From an uncultured beta proteobacterium (GTDB taxonomy: Bacteria > Pseudomonadota > Gammaproteobacteria > Burkholderiales > Casimicrobiaceae): 64,000 bases of DNA. The translations under genes were made by a program, and so were the position numbers. Location: positions 60,507-124,506 of the forward strand of contig CAVPBR010000009.1 of NCBI GenBank assembly GCA_963701885.1, written 5' to 3'. This document shows positions 63,411-64,000 of this stretch, piece by piece; the stretch's first letter is position 1, and the number at the start of each line of letters is the position of its first letter. Under the pieces are notes generated by a model, which made no database searches, was not told where the DNA came from, and saw only the letters and a list, made by a program, of their open reading frames with translations.

Positions 63411-64000
63411 TCACAGGTTGAGGATTTTCTCCCGGTCCTCGCGCGAAGCCTGGAACCCGCGGGCCTCGTAGTATCGGAAGATCGCGTCGACAACCGCATC
63501 GGGTTCGTCAATCACCTGCATCAGCTTGATGTCGTCCTCGCTGATCATGCCTTCGCGGACGAGGCGCTCCTCGAACCAGGTCAGGAGGCCGCTCCAGAAT
63601 GCGGAGCCGACGAGGATGATCGGGATGCGGTGGCTCTTGCCGGTCTGCACCAGCGTCAGGCATTCGGACAGCTCGTCGAGCGTGCCGTAGCCGCCGGGAA
63701 GCACGACATAGGCCGACGCGAAGCGCACGAACATCAGCTTGCGCGTGAAGAAATAGCGGAAGTAGAGACTGACGTCCTGGAAGCCATTGCGCGACTGCTC
63801 GTGGGGCAGCGCGATGTTGAGGCCGATCGCAGGCGAGCGCCCGGCGAACGCGCCCTGGTTCGCCGCCTGCATCAGGCCGGGCCCGCCACCCGAGATCACC
63901 GAAAAGCCCGCATCCGAGAGCTTGCGCGCGATCAACCTTGCGGTGGAGTAGTACGGATGTCCGTCGGCGATCCGCGCGCTTCCGAATACGCTGACCGCCG
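63411..64000 (-). CDS. LOG-family (TIGR00730) protein, 5' end beyond window
   Basis: AVSVFGSAR, SGGGPGLM, RKLMFV, PGGYGTLDE. Confidence 0.93.
   Translation of the reverse strand, partial: AVSVFGSARIADGHPYYSTARLIARKLSDAGFSVISGGGPGLMQAANQGAFAGRSPAIGLNIALPHEQSRNGFQDVSLYFRYFFTRKLMFVRFASAYVVLPGGYGTLDELSECLTLVQTGKSHRIPIILVGSAFWSGLLTWFEERLVREGMISEDDIKLMQVIDEPDAVVDAIFRYYEARGFQASREDREKILNL

Overview
GC-rich betaproteobacterial chromosome segment, inferred from gene order and protein families. It contains: (1) a D-rhamnose surface-glycan locus (GT4, rmd, gmd, wzm, wzt, two coiled-coil methyltransferases, a two-module glycosyltransferase); (2) an accessory stretch around tRNA-Phe with mtnA plus a class II aldolase, a decayed second mtnA, three toxin-antitoxin pairs (HicAB, BrnT/CopG-type, VapBC), a fluoroacetate-dehalogenase-like hydrolase, PAP2 and phosphoesterase genes, a cold-shock gene and a MesD-like methionine synthase; (3) a sugar ABC transporter, grxD and a REP-flanked secreted-protein insert; (4) core genes spoT-rpoZ-gmk-yicC, Ser/Thr kinase-PP2C-dnaQ-sixA-ilvA, pilGHIJ-chpA, an EF-G paralogue, a Fur-boxed cupredoxin/beta-barrel pair, yqgE-ruvX-pyrR-pyrB-pyrC', a DUF4242-adenylate cyclase facing an atypical pyrophosphatase, yggX, argA, uvrD, thrB and a LOG-family gene. 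About a dozen single-base insertions, mostly in short homopolymers, split otherwise intact genes and are most likely sequencing or assembly errors. The strongest leads are an exact 8-heptad duplication in a putative glycan-length ruler, the mtnA/HicAB/pseudo-mtnA/BrnTA arrangement, REP-like palindromes that entered two protein C-termini and bracket an insert, a metal-sensor cyclase/PPase pair, a permease-less Fur-boxed cupredoxin/barrel module, and MesD without an adjacent MesX. All calls come from reading motifs by eye. No database search was run.
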